Shown: positions 1 through 10,586, counted from the stretch's first letter. The stretch: DNA of 64,000 nt from an uncultured euryarchaeote (GCA_937892945.1 CALBIL010000039.1:89125-153124), one strand, 5' to 3'. Notes: generated from the sequence alone by a model not told the origin. Numbers and translations: made by a program.

Positions 1-744
1 GAACTCTTTCCTCCTCATGAACTTCCGGTTCGCTGCTTGTGCTTTCGTTGTCCTGTTGTGCCACGTGAATTGGGGCAGGTGGCGCTTGCTTCTGTCGATG
101 AGGTTGCTACTTTTGCCGTTGATAAACGGCGTGATGAGCATTTGTCGGGTCGTTGGCTTTTGGCTCAAGCTCTTGTCCAGTGGGGTCTTGATCCGTCTCA
201 AATTGAAGTGCGCCGAACAGAGTTGCGTGCTCCAGTTCTTGGGTATCTTCCCGGGCTTTGGGTCAATACACCTTTGCCTTCGATAAGTATTGGTCATGCA
301 GGGGCTTGGGCTTATGTTGCACTGGTGGAATCAGGATGGTCGATTGGAATTGATGCTGAGCCTGCCGCCAGAGGAATCGCTTCAAATGCGTTTGATATGA
401 TGGCGAAAGGAGAGGAACTCCTCTGGTTACAGAAAAACCCCGAGCAAGCAATCCATTTGTGGACCGCCAAGGAGTCTGTGCAAAAAGCCATGCAGATGGG
501 GATGCATCTCAACCCTCGTAAAATTGAAATTCCAATTGGAGTAGGCATTCTAAATATTTCAATTGAAAATTCAAAAATGCAATTGCAAAGTTGGAGTTTC
601 TCCGATGCAAAAATAGCACTTGCTTGGCGGCGTGGTTCTGTCGTTTTGCGAACTCCTGAAGATGATTTGTTGGATGCGACTCAAAAAGCAATGAGTGAGC
701 AAGAATGGGGCGTTGGGTGCAAGACAAGTTTGGGGAAAGTCTGA
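1..744 (+). CDS. 4'-phosphopantetheinyl transferase superfamily protein (5'-truncated by window edge)
   Basis: Frame is open from base 1. Motifs SISIGHAG, IGIDAE and LWTAKESVQKAM match the Sfp/AcpS (I/V)G(I/V)D and WxxKE(A/S)xxK signatures. Confidence 0.8.
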   Translation, partial: ELFPPHELPVRCLCFRCPVVPRELGQVALASVDEVATFAVDKRRDEHLSGRWLLAQALVQWGLDPSQIEVRRTELRAPVLGYLPGLWVNTPLPSISIGHAGAWAYVALVESGWSIGIDAEPAARGIASNAFDMMAKGEELLWLQKNPEQAIHLWTAKESVQKAMQMGMHLNPRKIEIPIGVGILNISIENSKMQLQSWSFSDAKIALAWRRGSVVLRTPEDDLLDATQKAMSEQEWGVGCKTSLGKV

Positions 745-1200
745 TTATTTCCAGAACATGTATGCATCTCGACTTGATTCCCATGGTAACCCCACTGCAA
801 TGCCGAGTTCAGTTAAGATCACATAATTGAATAACAAATACAGTAGGTACGAGATACACAATACCAAGAGTGAAGTGTTGATGATTTTCCTTCGGTTACG
901 TTTCGCTTCATTAAATGTACAAATCCCTTGTTCTCGGAAATAAACGACAAGTCCAATGATGACACTAAGAGAGGCAATAAGGAGCATAGTTCCTCTGAAC
1001 CAACCAAAACCTTCACCTCCCCAGTACAATGTATCTGAGAGTGCAGCACCTGTAGATACAGTAGCAAGACCGAGCATGACCATGACGACAGAAGGAAGGC
1101 AACACAAAGAAGCTACAAGAGTTGAGCCAGCGATGTATTTCCACATGGCTTTGAGAGGATTGGGATTTCCCTCGACCTTTGCTGCAGATACATCTCCCAT
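745..1200 (-). CDS. Small three-TM membrane protein with a MerT-like vicinal Cys pair
   Basis: Hydrophobic segments; SLCCLPSVV in TM1 resembles MerT SACCLGPLV. Start moved to the ATG at 1200. Confidence 0.55.
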   Translation of the reverse strand: MGDVSAAKVEGNPNPLKAMWKYIAGSTLVASLCCLPSVVMVMLGLATVSTGAALSDTLYWGGEGFGWFRGTMLLIASLSVIIGLVVYFREQGICTFNEAKRNRRKIINTSLLVLCISYLLYLLFNYVILTELGIAVGLPWESSRDAYMFWK

Positions 1201-1243
1201 GTTTTTATTAAACAATGCTGGCTTTTGAAAGCATGTATTGAGC

Positions 1244-1678
1244 CTAAGGTTTGGTTGTATCAACTTGTTCCCAGAAACCAGTCCCTTCTTTCGCTGTGCT
1301 ATGCGGCTCTTGAGCCTCAGTGTTTGACACATTCTGAAGCATGGACTCAACGTTTGCAAGCATCATTTCAGATTTGACATTTACATTGCCAAAATGTCTC
1401 TTTTTTAGTATTCTTTGAGCAAATTGACTGTTCGGGAAGAGCGCAAACCAAATTGAAATCAATCCATAGGCTTGTACGAAAAGCCCAGCAATGAGAAACG
1501 GTATGGAAAAGCATACCATGAAGATGCTCATGACCAGGCCGCCTTCAAACGCTACAGGTACTATGAGCGCGGGTACGAGGGTAAATGGCATTCCAAAACA
1601 CAAGAGGAATATCCCGAGAACACTCGACCCAGCCCGTGCACCGATAGGGAACTCCAAGTTTGTATGCTCGTCAACCAT
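1244..1678 (-). CDS. Hypothetical membrane protein (2 TM)
   Basis: ORF with two hydrophobic helices. Start set at MVDEHT. Confidence 0.6.
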   Translation of the reverse strand: MVDEHTNLEFPIGARAGSSVLGIFLLCFGMPFTLVPALIVPVAFEGGLVMSIFMVCFSIPFLIAGLFVQAYGLISIWFALFPNSQFAQRILKKRHFGNVNVKSEMMLANVESMLQNVSNTEAQEPHSTAKEGTGFWEQVDTTKP

Positions 1679-1716
1679 AATCTTTCGCAGTCTGGGCAGT
1701 TTAAAAAGCACTGCTG

Positions 1717-3123
1717 TTAAGCGTTGACGTTTCGAATCTCAGGAGTTTGATCTGCTATTAAAAATTCGAGCATTGCAGCCCACATGACAAACTCAATCGA
1801 TTTCTCGAGTTCATCTTGCCCACCAACAACATCAACCATGTTATCGAGTGTGTCACTTGGAGAATGGTAGGCACTGTAATCATCATCGTATGCTCCCAAA
1901 TGGAAGATCGTTTGTGCGCCAAGGTCACGGAAGGTCACGTGGTCTGAACGTCCGAAAGTATCTTCGTGGACATCCATTACAAGGTTTTCGTGTTCGTCCC
2001 AATGCTGGTCACATCCTGCACCATAGGTTCCATCGATGGTGAGGTTCATTGGTGCTTTCAATATGTTGCGATGTACGTGGTCCATGACGGCGGAAATTTC
2101 CACATCGTCAACTTCAGGGTCGGCATCAGGGCCGGACCATGCGTGGTATGGGAATGGTTCACCTGTTGATTTCATTGCAGGCCATGAGATTCCCATCATA
2201 TCCATATTGATGTAAAATCGTAATTCTTTGTCTTGTGGAAGGCAATAATCGCAATCATTGTTTGCAAAGGCGTTTGATCCACGCAGTCCTTCTTCTTCTG
2301 ACGACCAAAGGGCGAGGAATGTATCGCATTCAAACTCAACATCGACAAAGGCTCGTGCAAACAGCATCATGGAGACTGTGCCGGCGTTGTTGTCGTAAGC
2401 CCCTTCGTATGTGCCACCACCGGGTGGTCCGCCAGGTGGTGCAATGTCCATGTGAGCACCCATGCCTTGAACACATTCGCTGCTTCTACCATCTTTCCAA
2501 GCGATGATGTTGAGTGACTCAGGTTGTGTTGGGTTCAAATGGTCTGTGACTCGCATGATGTTTGCTTCGTAACCCAATCCTTCGAAATGACCGTGGAAGT
2601 AGCTTGCTGCCCGTTCAAACGCAGGATTTGGTGAACCCATCCAACGGTTCACGTATCCACCGCATTGGCTCGAATCAGAGCAAACGGATAGGATGAAGTC
2701 CATCTTGTTGAACCAATCTTGGCCGTTAACTATGGGTGTTCCATTTTCGACTTCGAGATCAACAGCGACTCCAGTTCCATCGGCGTATACGATGGTGAGC
2801 GTGGTCGATGTGACGTATGGGGTGGTGAGGATTTTACCATTGAGCAACTTACTGTCTGGTACTTGGATAACGCCGAGCGGTACAATACTGTCGTTCACGA
2901 ACAGTAAGATGTCTTCTGGTACGACAAGACGAGTCCCTTCTCCTTCAAGCGTGAATGTATGCCATTCACCACTTCTGAGCGGAAGGTCTCCAGCAGGCGT
3001 GAAGTCGATCAGAAATATTTCACCGGCATCTTGGATTTCCTTTTCGTTTTCCCCAAAGCATCCAGCAAGCGGTGCCATGAGCATCAAAGTTATGAGCGAG
3101 AAAGCGCGAAGTGAGTTGAACAT
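1717..3123 (-). CDS. M28 family metallopeptidase, lipoprotein
   Basis: Lipobox PLAGC; GAHMD, GAYDNNAG, SEEEGLRGS, NMDM, RSDH and YHSPSD zinc-peptidase motifs. Confidence 0.9.
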   Translation of the reverse strand: MFNSLRAFSLITLMLMAPLAGCFGENEKEIQDAGEIFLIDFTPAGDLPLRSGEWHTFTLEGEGTRLVVPEDILLFVNDSIVPLGVIQVPDSKLLNGKILTTPYVTSTTLTIVYADGTGVAVDLEVENGTPIVNGQDWFNKMDFILSVCSDSSQCGGYVNRWMGSPNPAFERAASYFHGHFEGLGYEANIMRVTDHLNPTQPESLNIIAWKDGRSSECVQGMGAHMDIAPPGGPPGGGTYEGAYDNNAGTVSMMLFARAFVDVEFECDTFLALWSSEEEGLRGSNAFANNDCDYCLPQDKELRFYINMDMMGISWPAMKSTGEPFPYHAWSGPDADPEVDDVEISAVMDHVHRNILKAPMNLTIDGTYGAGCDQHWDEHENLVMDVHEDTFGRSDHVTFRDLGAQTIFHLGAYDDDYSAYHSPSDTLDNMVDVVGGQDELEKSIEFVMWAAMLEFLIADQTPEIRNVNA

Positions 3124-3274
3124 AACGACCCTTAGAACATGGCCACTCCTTTTTGTTCTTAGGGCTTCGCATTTCTTGGATAGGTTCGAAGGCTCCGATG
3201 CAGTGCAGGGAGTTTTTCATTCCGTCGCCAAGAGCAGGTAGCCAGGTTCATTAACCGATGCTCAAGGCAACACT

Positions 3275-3532
3275 ATGGAACGTAAACAATGGGGAATTTT
3301 CTTCATTGCGCTTTCTTGTTTCTTCTATGCTTCTCTCTTTTCGATTCCCTTTCTCTCAATGACCAAGGCGCAAAGTGGAGTTCTTGCAACCTGCCTGGTC
3401 ATTCTAGGTGAAGTCTCATTTGCAATTGGGGGCATCATTGCTGGAAAGAATCTTGTGGCAGATTTCCGAAGCAAATTTGTACCTAAGCGATTTCAAAAGA
3501 GAAACGACTCTCCTTTGGTCGAGGAAGAGTGA
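3275..3532 (+). CDS. Small two-TM membrane protein (transporter-suffix-like)
   Basis: Two hydrophobic helices, with GEVSFAIG..IAGK followed by a basic tail. Confidence 0.6.
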   Translation: MERKQWGIFFIALSCFFYASLFSIPFLSMTKAQSGVLATCLVILGEVSFAIGGIIAGKNLVADFRSKFVPKRFQKRNDSPLVEEE

Positions 3533-3608
3533 CTGCTTCGCTTTCGTGAACTTCATATAGGGTAACCCAATCCGCAGTATGTAACCGATGGTTAAGTAGT
3601 CGAGAGGG

Positions 3609-4337
3609 ATGAAGATGTCAGGCAACGATGATTTCGAGGAAAAATTGATTGAACAGATCACTGAATTGTTCCGAAATATGGGCATGAACCTCGATAAAAA
3701 GCAGATTCGAGCATTGATGGAGCAATTCCGTTCACAATTCGAAAGTCTCGGTCTCGATGCTGAAAAAATTGCCAAAGGGGATGTAAATTTCAATTTCGAC
3801 CTGTCGCAACTGAGTAAGATGTTTGAAAAAGGCAAGTCCATGGAAGACATCTTGAAGAATATGGGTGTCGATGTTCAAGTGGATGCCAACCCTATCGAAG
3901 TCGATATGCCCGACATCGACCAACTGGAAGACAATCTCTACAAATTACCTGCTGATGATGTTTATCTGGATGGTTGGAATATGTCGGTAACAATCGATAT
4001 CATGCTCAAAGAAGATGTGGAAGAAACCGAAATCGAACTTTTACTCGCCCAGGAAGGCCACCAGTTAGAGGTTTTGAAGCAAACTCGCCCTTCTCCATTG
4101 GCCCGTGTCGAATTGCCTCATCCTTGCGATGAAGTCGTTGAATGGTCTCTTAACAATGGCATTCTCGATGTCACTCTCAAACTCACGCCTCAAGGCTCCG
4201 CCGTAACTGAATTCAATGATGGTGATGACGAAGACGAAGGCGATGATGCCGATGAAGTACCGGATACCCCTGAGGTACATCTCGACCTTGGTGAAGACCG
4301 AGACGATGATGACGACGGTGGAATTCCAATTTTTTGA
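3609..4337 (+). CDS. Hsp20/alpha-crystallin family protein with extended N-terminus
   Basis: C-terminal VELP...[11 protein letters not shown] alpha-crystallin signature; acidic tail; lies directly upstream of dnaK. Confidence 0.75.
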   Translation: MKMSGNDDFEEKLIEQITELFRNMGMNLDKKQIRALMEQFRSQFESLGLDAEKIAKGDVNFNFDLSQLSKMFEKGKSMEDILKNMGVDVQVDANPIEVDMPDIDQLEDNLYKLPADDVYLDGWNMSVTIDIMLKEDVEETEIELLLAQEGHQLEVLKQTRPSPLARVELPHPCDEVVEWSLNNGILDVTLKLTPQGSAVTEFNDGDDEDEGDDADEVPDTPEVHLDLGEDRDDDDDGGIPIF

Positions 4338-4357
4338 AGAAAAAGGAAGTGAAATAT

Positions 4358-6250
4358 ATGAGCAAAGTAATAGGAATAGATCTTGGAACAACGAACAGTT
4401 GTGTAGCGACCATTGAGAACGGCGAACCCGTTGTCATTGCGAATGCAGAAGGTGCACGAACAACCCCCTCGGTTGTCGCTTTTGCTAAAGACGGTAGTGA
4501 ACGTATGATTGGTGTAACTGCAAAGAGACAAGCGGTAACCAACATTGACCGAACTTTGCTTTCAGTAAAGCGTCATATGGGTACCGATTGGAAAACGACC
4601 ATTGACGATGTTGATTATACTCCTCAAGAGATTTCAGCCTTTATTCTTCAAAAGTTGAAGGCAGATGCTGAAGCTTACCTCGGACACGAAGTCAAGCAAG
4701 CGGTCATCACCTGCCCTGCATATTTCACAGATGCACAACGAACTGCAACCAAAGATGCAGGACGTATTGCTGGTCTTGAAGTTCTACGAATCATCAATGA
4801 ACCAACTGCAGCAGCTCTCGCCTATGGCGTCGACAAAGGAGAAGACCAAACAATTCTGGTTTACGACCTGGGTGGTGGAACCTTTGACGTATCAGTTTTG
4901 GAGATTTATCAAGTCGATGGCCAACCTCAAATTGAAGTCAAAGCCACAGCGGGTAACAACAAACTCGGTGGAGATGATTTCGATGACCTTGTCATCGAAT
5001 GGATGGTCGCTGAATTCAAGCGTGATACTGGTATCGATCTGTCAAAAGATGTTCAAGCAATGTCACGACTTAAGGAAGCAGCTGAAAAAGCGAAGATTGA
5101 ACTTTCTGGTACTCAACAAACTCAGATTAATCTTCCGTTCATTACCATGCGAGACGGTCAACCAGAACATATGGACATGACCTTGAGCCGTGCGAAATTC
5201 GAAGACCTTGTCTCGAAGTTGATTGAAAAAACAATGGGTCCAACCCGTCAAGCAATGAAAGACGCTGGCGTCAAGAAAGGCGATGTTGACAAAGTGATTC
5301 TTGTCGGTGGTTCAACCCGTGTACCTGCAGTCCAAGAAGCAGTTGAAAAAGAAGCTGGAAAGGCACCTTACAAAGGAATCAACCCTGACGAAGCAGTGGC
5401 AATGGGCGCTGCGCTTCAAGCAGGTATCATTTCTGGTGATGAAGGCGTTTCTGACATCTTGTTACTCGACGTCACACCTCTTACGCTCGGAATCGAAACG
5501 CTCGGTGGTGTCATGACGACAATGATTGAACGAAATACAACCATCCCTGCTCGTCGCTCTGAAATATATTCAACAGCAAGCGACAACCAACCTGCAGTTA
5601 CCATTCACGTTCTACAAGGTGAACGAAACTTTGCTAAGGACAACGTAACACTTGGAGAATTCACTCTCATGGGAATTCCAGCAGCACCGCGTGGAACTCC
5701 ACAAATCGAAGTTACCTTCGATATCGATGCGAACGGAATTGTCGATGTCAGTGCCAAAGATATGGGGACTGGTAAGGAACAGTCAGTGAAGATTGAAGCT
5801 CAAACCTCACTTTCTGAAGATGAAATTCAAGCAAAGATCAGTGAAGCAGAAAAGTTTGCAGAAGAAGATCAATTACGCAAAGCAAAAGTTGAACTTCGTA
5901 ACATGGCAGACCAAGTTGTCTATCAAACCCGTCGAACTCTCGACGAATCAGCAGACAAACTCGATGATGCAGATGTAGATCCAGTGAAGGAACACCTTGA
6001 TGCATTGGAAAAGATGGTTCAAGATGATGACGGTAAACCTCTTGAAATCGATGATATCGATGACGCTGCAATTCAAGCGAAAGTCAAGGAAGTTGAAGAA
6101 GCAATGCATGCAGTTTCCGCAAAACTCTACGAAGCTGCTGCTGCTGAAATGGCTGAACAAGACGGTTCATCGGAAGATGGCGATATCGATGTCGGTGGCG
6201 ATGATGTGGTCGATGCAGACTTTGAAGTCGTCGAAGATGACGAAGATTGA
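4358..6250 (+). CDS. dnaK: Molecular chaperone DnaK (Hsp70)
   Basis: [26 protein letters not shown] and NPDEAVA motifs. Lacks the Gram-negative N-domain insert. Confidence 0.98.
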   Translation: MSKVIGIDLGTTNSCVATIENGEPVVIANAEGARTTPSVVAFAKDGSERMIGVTAKRQAVTNIDRTLLSVKRHMGTDWKTTIDDVDYTPQEISAFILQKLKADAEAYLGHEVKQAVITCPAYFTDAQRTATKDAGRIAGLEVLRIINEPTAAALAYGVDKGEDQTILVYDLGGGTFDVSVLEIYQVDGQPQIEVKATAGNNKLGGDDFDDLVIEWMVAEFKRDTGIDLSKDVQAMSRLKEAAEKAKIELSGTQQTQINLPFITMRDGQPEHMDMTLSRAKFEDLVSKLIEKTMGPTRQAMKDAGVKKGDVDKVILVGGSTRVPAVQEAVEKEAGKAPYKGINPDEAVAMGAALQAGIISGDEGVSDILLLDVTPLTLGIETLGGVMTTMIERNTTIPARRSEIYSTASDNQPAVTIHVLQGERNFAKDNVTLGEFTLMGIPAAPRGTPQIEVTFDIDANGIVDVSAKDMGTGKEQSVKIEAQTSLSEDEIQAKISEAEKFAEEDQLRKAKVELRNMADQVVYQTRRTLDESADKLDDADVDPVKEHLDALEKMVQDDDGKPLEIDDIDDAAIQAKVKEVEEAMHAVSAKLYEAAAAEMAEQDGSSEDGDIDVGGDDVVDADFEVVEDDED

Positions 6251-6301
6251 GTCAACCTCAGCTATCGTTGAACTTATGGCGAAGAGTTTGGTGGCTGTGC
6301 T

Positions 6302-7891
6302 ATGAGCGATGCCCCCATTCTCAAGGACACCGAGCGTACTACGGGACGCAGTGCTCTTCAGAACAACATTCAGGCGGCAATGGCTCTAGCTGGCGCAGTA
6401 CGTTCAACTCTTGGCCCTCGAGGACTTGATAAATTACTGATTGACGATGACGGGCGAACCCTTGTTACCAACGATGGTGTTACGGTTCTCGAATCTGCGA
6501 AAGTGGAACACCCCGTTGCACGAATGATGATTAATGCCTCTTCAGTTCAGGATAAGATCGCTCGAGATGGAACGACTTCAACCGTTCTTATGTCTGCTGA
6601 AATGTTGCAAAATGCTTGGCATTTAGTCACACAAGATGTCCATCCAGCCATTATCGCACGCGGATTTAGAATGGCAGAGGCCTATGCTCATGAAGTTCTT
6701 ATTGAGTTGGCCCTTCATTCCGAACATCACCACCGCTTACTTGCTGCACAAACTTCACTTGCAGGTAAAGGGCATCAGTCTATGCAATTATTACTTGCTC
6801 AACTTGCCGTTGATGCTGCTGAAGCCATTCAAATGAACACTCCTGCTGGTATTGTGGCGGATCCAACTCGTGTCAAAATATTACCCCAATCCGGTGGTAG
6901 CATTGGTGATACACGGCTGGTGACTGGTTTAGTCTTGGCAAAAAACCGAATCCATGAAGATATGCCTCGTGTGGCAGGTGCTGGAAAAATTCTTCTCGTC
7001 GATGGTGGAATTGAACGCCGTTCAATGAAAAACGATATGAAAATCAATGTCACTTCCCCGGGGGTTTTGGAGAGTTTCCGAGCCAAAGAAGTCGAATTAC
7101 TCCAACAACAAGTCGAGCATCTCAAAGAACTTGGAATCGGATTACTCGCTTGTAAAGAAGGGATCGACGAAGAAGCCCGAGTTCTCCTTGCTAAAGCAGG
7201 AATTCAAGCCTTCAGAAGGGTGGCGCGTTCAGATTTGGATCTTCTCGCTCGAGGCTGTGGCGCAACCCTTGTCTCTGAAATAAAGCGTTCAAAAGCCTCC
7301 GATTTAGGTGCTTTCATTTCGAGTAAAAACGAGACTTGGGGCAGTGTGGCGCATTGGATTGTCGAAACCGAAGAAGGTGGTGCAACACTGATTGCTTGTG
7401 GAAGCACAGAAACAGTACTTGGTGAAGTGGAACGAAGTTTTGCAGACGCCTTAGGTGTTGCCTGTCGGATGCTTGAAGATTCGCGCTTGATGGCCGGTGG
7501 AGGTGCGACACATGTCGCCTTAGCACGACGATTACGTCGCTATGCGGAATCGATTCCAGGTCGTGAGCAACTTGGTGCAGAAGCTTTTGCAGATGCGCTC
7601 GAAGTCATCCCGAGAGTTTTAGCTGAAAATGCAGGTTTGGATCCAATTGATACTTTGTTACAACTGGTTGCGGCGCAAGTGAACGGTGGAGATGACTCAC
7701 ATTATATCGGATTAGACCTCTTGAACCGTAGACCTGCAAACATGGTGGAACAAGGTATTCTTGAACCATATTTGATTACTCGCCAATCGATTGCAGGTGC
7801 GACTGAAGCAGCCATTTCTATTCTTCGAATTGATGATGTGTTGTGGGCAAGACAAGATCCAACTATGGCAGAAGTCCCAGAAATGGAATAG
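6302..7891 (+). CDS. Group II chaperonin (thermosome/TCP-1) subunit, divergent
   Basis: STLGPRGLDK, VTNDGVTVL and RDGTT (canonical GDGTT) motifs; ENAGLDP; ILRIDD. Confidence 0.9.
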   Translation: MSDAPILKDTERTTGRSALQNNIQAAMALAGAVRSTLGPRGLDKLLIDDDGRTLVTNDGVTVLESAKVEHPVARMMINASSVQDKIARDGTTSTVLMSAEMLQNAWHLVTQDVHPAIIARGFRMAEAYAHEVLIELALHSEHHHRLLAAQTSLAGKGHQSMQLLLAQLAVDAAEAIQMNTPAGIVADPTRVKILPQSGGSIGDTRLVTGLVLAKNRIHEDMPRVAGAGKILLVDGGIERRSMKNDMKINVTSPGVLESFRAKEVELLQQQVEHLKELGIGLLACKEGIDEEARVLLAKAGIQAFRRVARSDLDLLARGCGATLVSEIKRSKASDLGAFISSKNETWGSVAHWIVETEEGGATLIACGSTETVLGEVERSFADALGVACRMLEDSRLMAGGGATHVALARRLRRYAESIPGREQLGAEAFADALEVIPRVLAENAGLDPIDTLLQLVAAQVNGGDDSHYIGLDLLNRRPANMVEQGILEPYLITRQSIAGATEAAISILRIDDVLWARQDPTMAEVPEME

Positions 7892-7959
7892 ATCTACAAA
7901 CATCAACTTCACCTTTGTTTAAGGGTAATAATTTGAAATAGGGGTCGACAGAACCCGAA

Positions 7960-9534
7960 ATGATGGGAACTGATAGTCAAACCTGCGTTGGTATCGACGA
8001 TATTGCCATCCACTTCCCCCGCTTGTATATGGATATGCGAGATTTCGCAGAATTACGAGGTACAGACTTTGGCAAGTTAAACAAGGGTCTTGGACTTGAA
8101 GCAATGTCGATTCCCGATGTTCATGAGGATACTGCCACTATGGGTGCCATGGCGGTCATGCAAATCATCGATCGCAATGGGCTTGACCCAAACACGATTG
8201 GTCGTATGTACCTTGGAACTGAATCCGCTTTGGACGGTGCAAAACCAACCGCTACCTACATTGTTGACATGCTCACCCAGCGGTATGAGGAACGCTATGG
8301 CTCTGATTGCTTCAGAAATTGCGATGTTGTTGACATGACCTTCGCTTGTATTGGCGCTGTAGATGCATTACACACAACTCTTGATTGGGTTGCTCGGTCA
8401 AATGAAAACGATGAACGCATAGGAATTGTGATTTTCTCTGACAATGCCAAATATGCATTGGAGTCTTCTGGTGAGTATACACAAGGTGCAGGTGGCGGTG
8501 CGTTATTGATTCGTAGAAATCCGCGTCTTCTCGAAATTCCAGATTGTTTTGGTGTCTCTACAACACCCGTGCATGATTTCTTTAAACCTCGGAGAGAAGT
8601 GAGTATTCGCTCAGTAATTACGAACGTTATGCAACTTGCTCAAGAAACCGGTCAAACGATGAAGAAAGGTCTCATTGAAAGAATGATTCGTCATTTACCC
8701 GAATCAACTGTACGTAAATTAGGTATTTTTGCTCACGGTGAACAAAAAGTCAGCGTTCACCGAGATGATCCCATTTTTGATGGCCAGTACTCCAATCGTT
8801 GTTACCAAGATGCAGTTCGGCAAGCCTTCCACAATTTCTCGATGAAATCCGAAAAACAAGGCAGATATAACTACGACACCGACATTCGCCTTACCGAGCA
8901 ATGGTCTCGTATCATCATGCATTTACCGTATGCTTTCCAAGCCAAGCGAATGTTTCCTGATATCTTCAGGCATGACCGTCAAGATACAGAATATTGGGAG
9001 TCTATTGCAGAACAACTCGGCCCTATGCCGGCAGAACATAACTCTGAAGACCCCTTAATCATTGAAATCTGGGAGAAAGCCATGGATGGTTATCGCCGAG
9101 CAATTTCAAAAACACCGGAGTACCTTGAATTCCATGCCAGCCGAATTGAAAAAGGGCAGCGAGCAAGTAGTTTGATTGGAAATCAATACACTGGCTCAAT
9201 CTTCCTTGCACTCATGTCGACTTTTGAATCTGATTTGGAAGAAAACAGTAACCTCGACAATACCCTCTTCGGATTATGTGGTTATGGTTCTGGAGCTAAA
9301 GCTAAAGTATTCGAAGGAAAAGTTAGTCCTCGTTGGAGAGAAGTGGTTTCTCGCTGGCATTTGTTTGAACGACTTGGTGGGCGTGTTGCAATTGACCATA
9401 TCACCTATGAGAATCTCCACAAGGGCTTGCAAGATGACAGTGTAGTCACTCCACAAAGTGAGTTTGCTCTGGTTGAGATTGGTGACGAAGGCGTTGATGA
9501 AGGGGCCCGTCGTTACAAATGGGTTGGCGCTTAA
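7960..9534 (+). CDS. Hydroxymethylglutaryl-CoA synthase (bacterial-type, long form)
   Basis: GTESALD, catalytic FACIG, EYTQGAG, HLPYAF, GNQYTGSIF and GYGSG motifs. Confidence 0.9.
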   Translation: MMGTDSQTCVGIDDIAIHFPRLYMDMRDFAELRGTDFGKLNKGLGLEAMSIPDVHEDTATMGAMAVMQIIDRNGLDPNTIGRMYLGTESALDGAKPTATYIVDMLTQRYEERYGSDCFRNCDVVDMTFACIGAVDALHTTLDWVARSNENDERIGIVIFSDNAKYALESSGEYTQGAGGGALLIRRNPRLLEIPDCFGVSTTPVHDFFKPRREVSIRSVITNVMQLAQETGQTMKKGLIERMIRHLPESTVRKLGIFAHGEQKVSVHRDDPIFDGQYSNRCYQDAVRQAFHNFSMKSEKQGRYNYDTDIRLTEQWSRIIMHLPYAFQAKRMFPDIFRHDRQDTEYWESIAEQLGPMPAEHNSEDPLIIEIWEKAMDGYRRAISKTPEYLEFHASRIEKGQRASSLIGNQYTGSIFLALMSTFESDLEENSNLDNTLFGLCGYGSGAKAKVFEGKVSPRWREVVSRWHLFERLGGRVAIDHITYENLHKGLQDDSVVTPQSEFALVEIGDEGVDEGARRYKWVGA

Positions 9535-10586
9535 GGAAAATCCAAGACAACTTTACCGCACTTGCCTGAGATTGCTAATTCGACAGCTTGTTCGAAATCA
9601 TCAATCGACATTCGGTGAGTGAGAACAGCATTGACATCGATTAGACCCCGCTCAAGTAAATCATGCATCGTATCCCAAGTCGACCACATCTTTCGCCCAT
9701 TGATGCCCTTGAGATGGAGATAACGGAATACAACTTCATTCATTGGGACTTCTGGCATCGAGTTTCCATACACCGAGAGAATGTTGACATAACCGCCCAT
9801 GCGAGTGCTATGGACAGTATTCGCCAATGCTTGCGGCGAGCCTGAGAATTCACATGAGTTATCGACACCTCGGCCATTTGTTGCTGCTAAGATTTCTGCG
9901 ACGACATCATTTTCTTTGCCGAGGACAAGGTCTGCACCCAGTTTCTTTGCCAGTTCCATTCGGTAGGTATTGTCCCAGTCTACAGCAATGATTTTCTTTG
10001 CACCCATTGCTTTGGCAGCATTGACTGCAAACAATCCAATCGGTCCAAGGCCATGAATGGCAACTGTGGCCCCTTCGATTGGGCCTCCAGTCAACGTATG
10101 GATTGCATTACCCAGTGGGTCTTGAATTGAAGCGTGCCCGGGGTCAAGGCCCTTTGGAATATGACGCGCATTGACTGCGGGAACTACAAAATAGGGCCCA
10201 AAAGCACCATCGTTATGGACTCCAAAGATTGAGCCGTTTTCACAAATATGTGCATTTCCTTCATCGCAACGAGGGCAATTCCAACAAGCAAGGTGACATT
10301 CTATTGCCACTAAATCCCCGATTGCATGGGTGTCCACTCCAGTTCCTAGCCCCACCACTTCGCCACAGGTTTCATGTCCAGTAATCGTTCCAAGCGGTAC
10401 ATTTTCACGACTCCATTGATCCCATTTCCAAATGTGAATGTCCGTGCCGCACACTGAAGTTGAATGTGTTTTGATCAAAACTTCTCCGGCAGTGGGTGTA
10501 GGAACGAGGTGTTTGATTCGACTGAACCCACCGGAAGTATCGGCTGTTTTGGTCCAAGCCAGCATGGTCGTCGGAACTTCGCTCAT
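9531..10586 (-). CDS. tdh: L-threonine 3-dehydrogenase (Zn-dependent MDR family)
   Basis: CGTDIHI.KWDQW, GHE, CxxCxxC...C, DPLGNAIH, GLGPIG, GINGRKMW and GKVVL motifs. An alternative start lies at 10637. Confidence 0.85.
   Translation of the reverse strand: MSEVPTTMLAWTKTADTSGGFSRIKHLVPTPTAGEVLIKTHSTSVCGTDIHIWKWDQWSRENVPLGTITGHETCGEVVGLGTGVDTHAIGDLVAIECHLACWNCPRCDEGNAHICENGSIFGVHNDGAFGPYFVVPAVNARHIPKGLDPGHASIQDPLGNAIHTLTGGPIEGATVAIHGLGPIGLFAVNAAKAMGAKKIIAVDWDNTYRMELAKKLGADLVLGKENDVVAEILAATNGRGVDNSCEFSGSPQALANTVHSTRMGGYVNILSVYGNSMPEVPMNEVVFRYLHLKGINGRKMWSTWDTMHDLLERGLIDVNAVLTHRMSIDDFEQAVELAISGKCGKVVLDFP

Noticed and set aside
2693-3241. Long antisense ORFs (e.g. 2693-3241, 40256-40801, 45064-45687)
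   Set aside because: Shadows of well-supported genes on the opposite strand, with no recognisable motifs.
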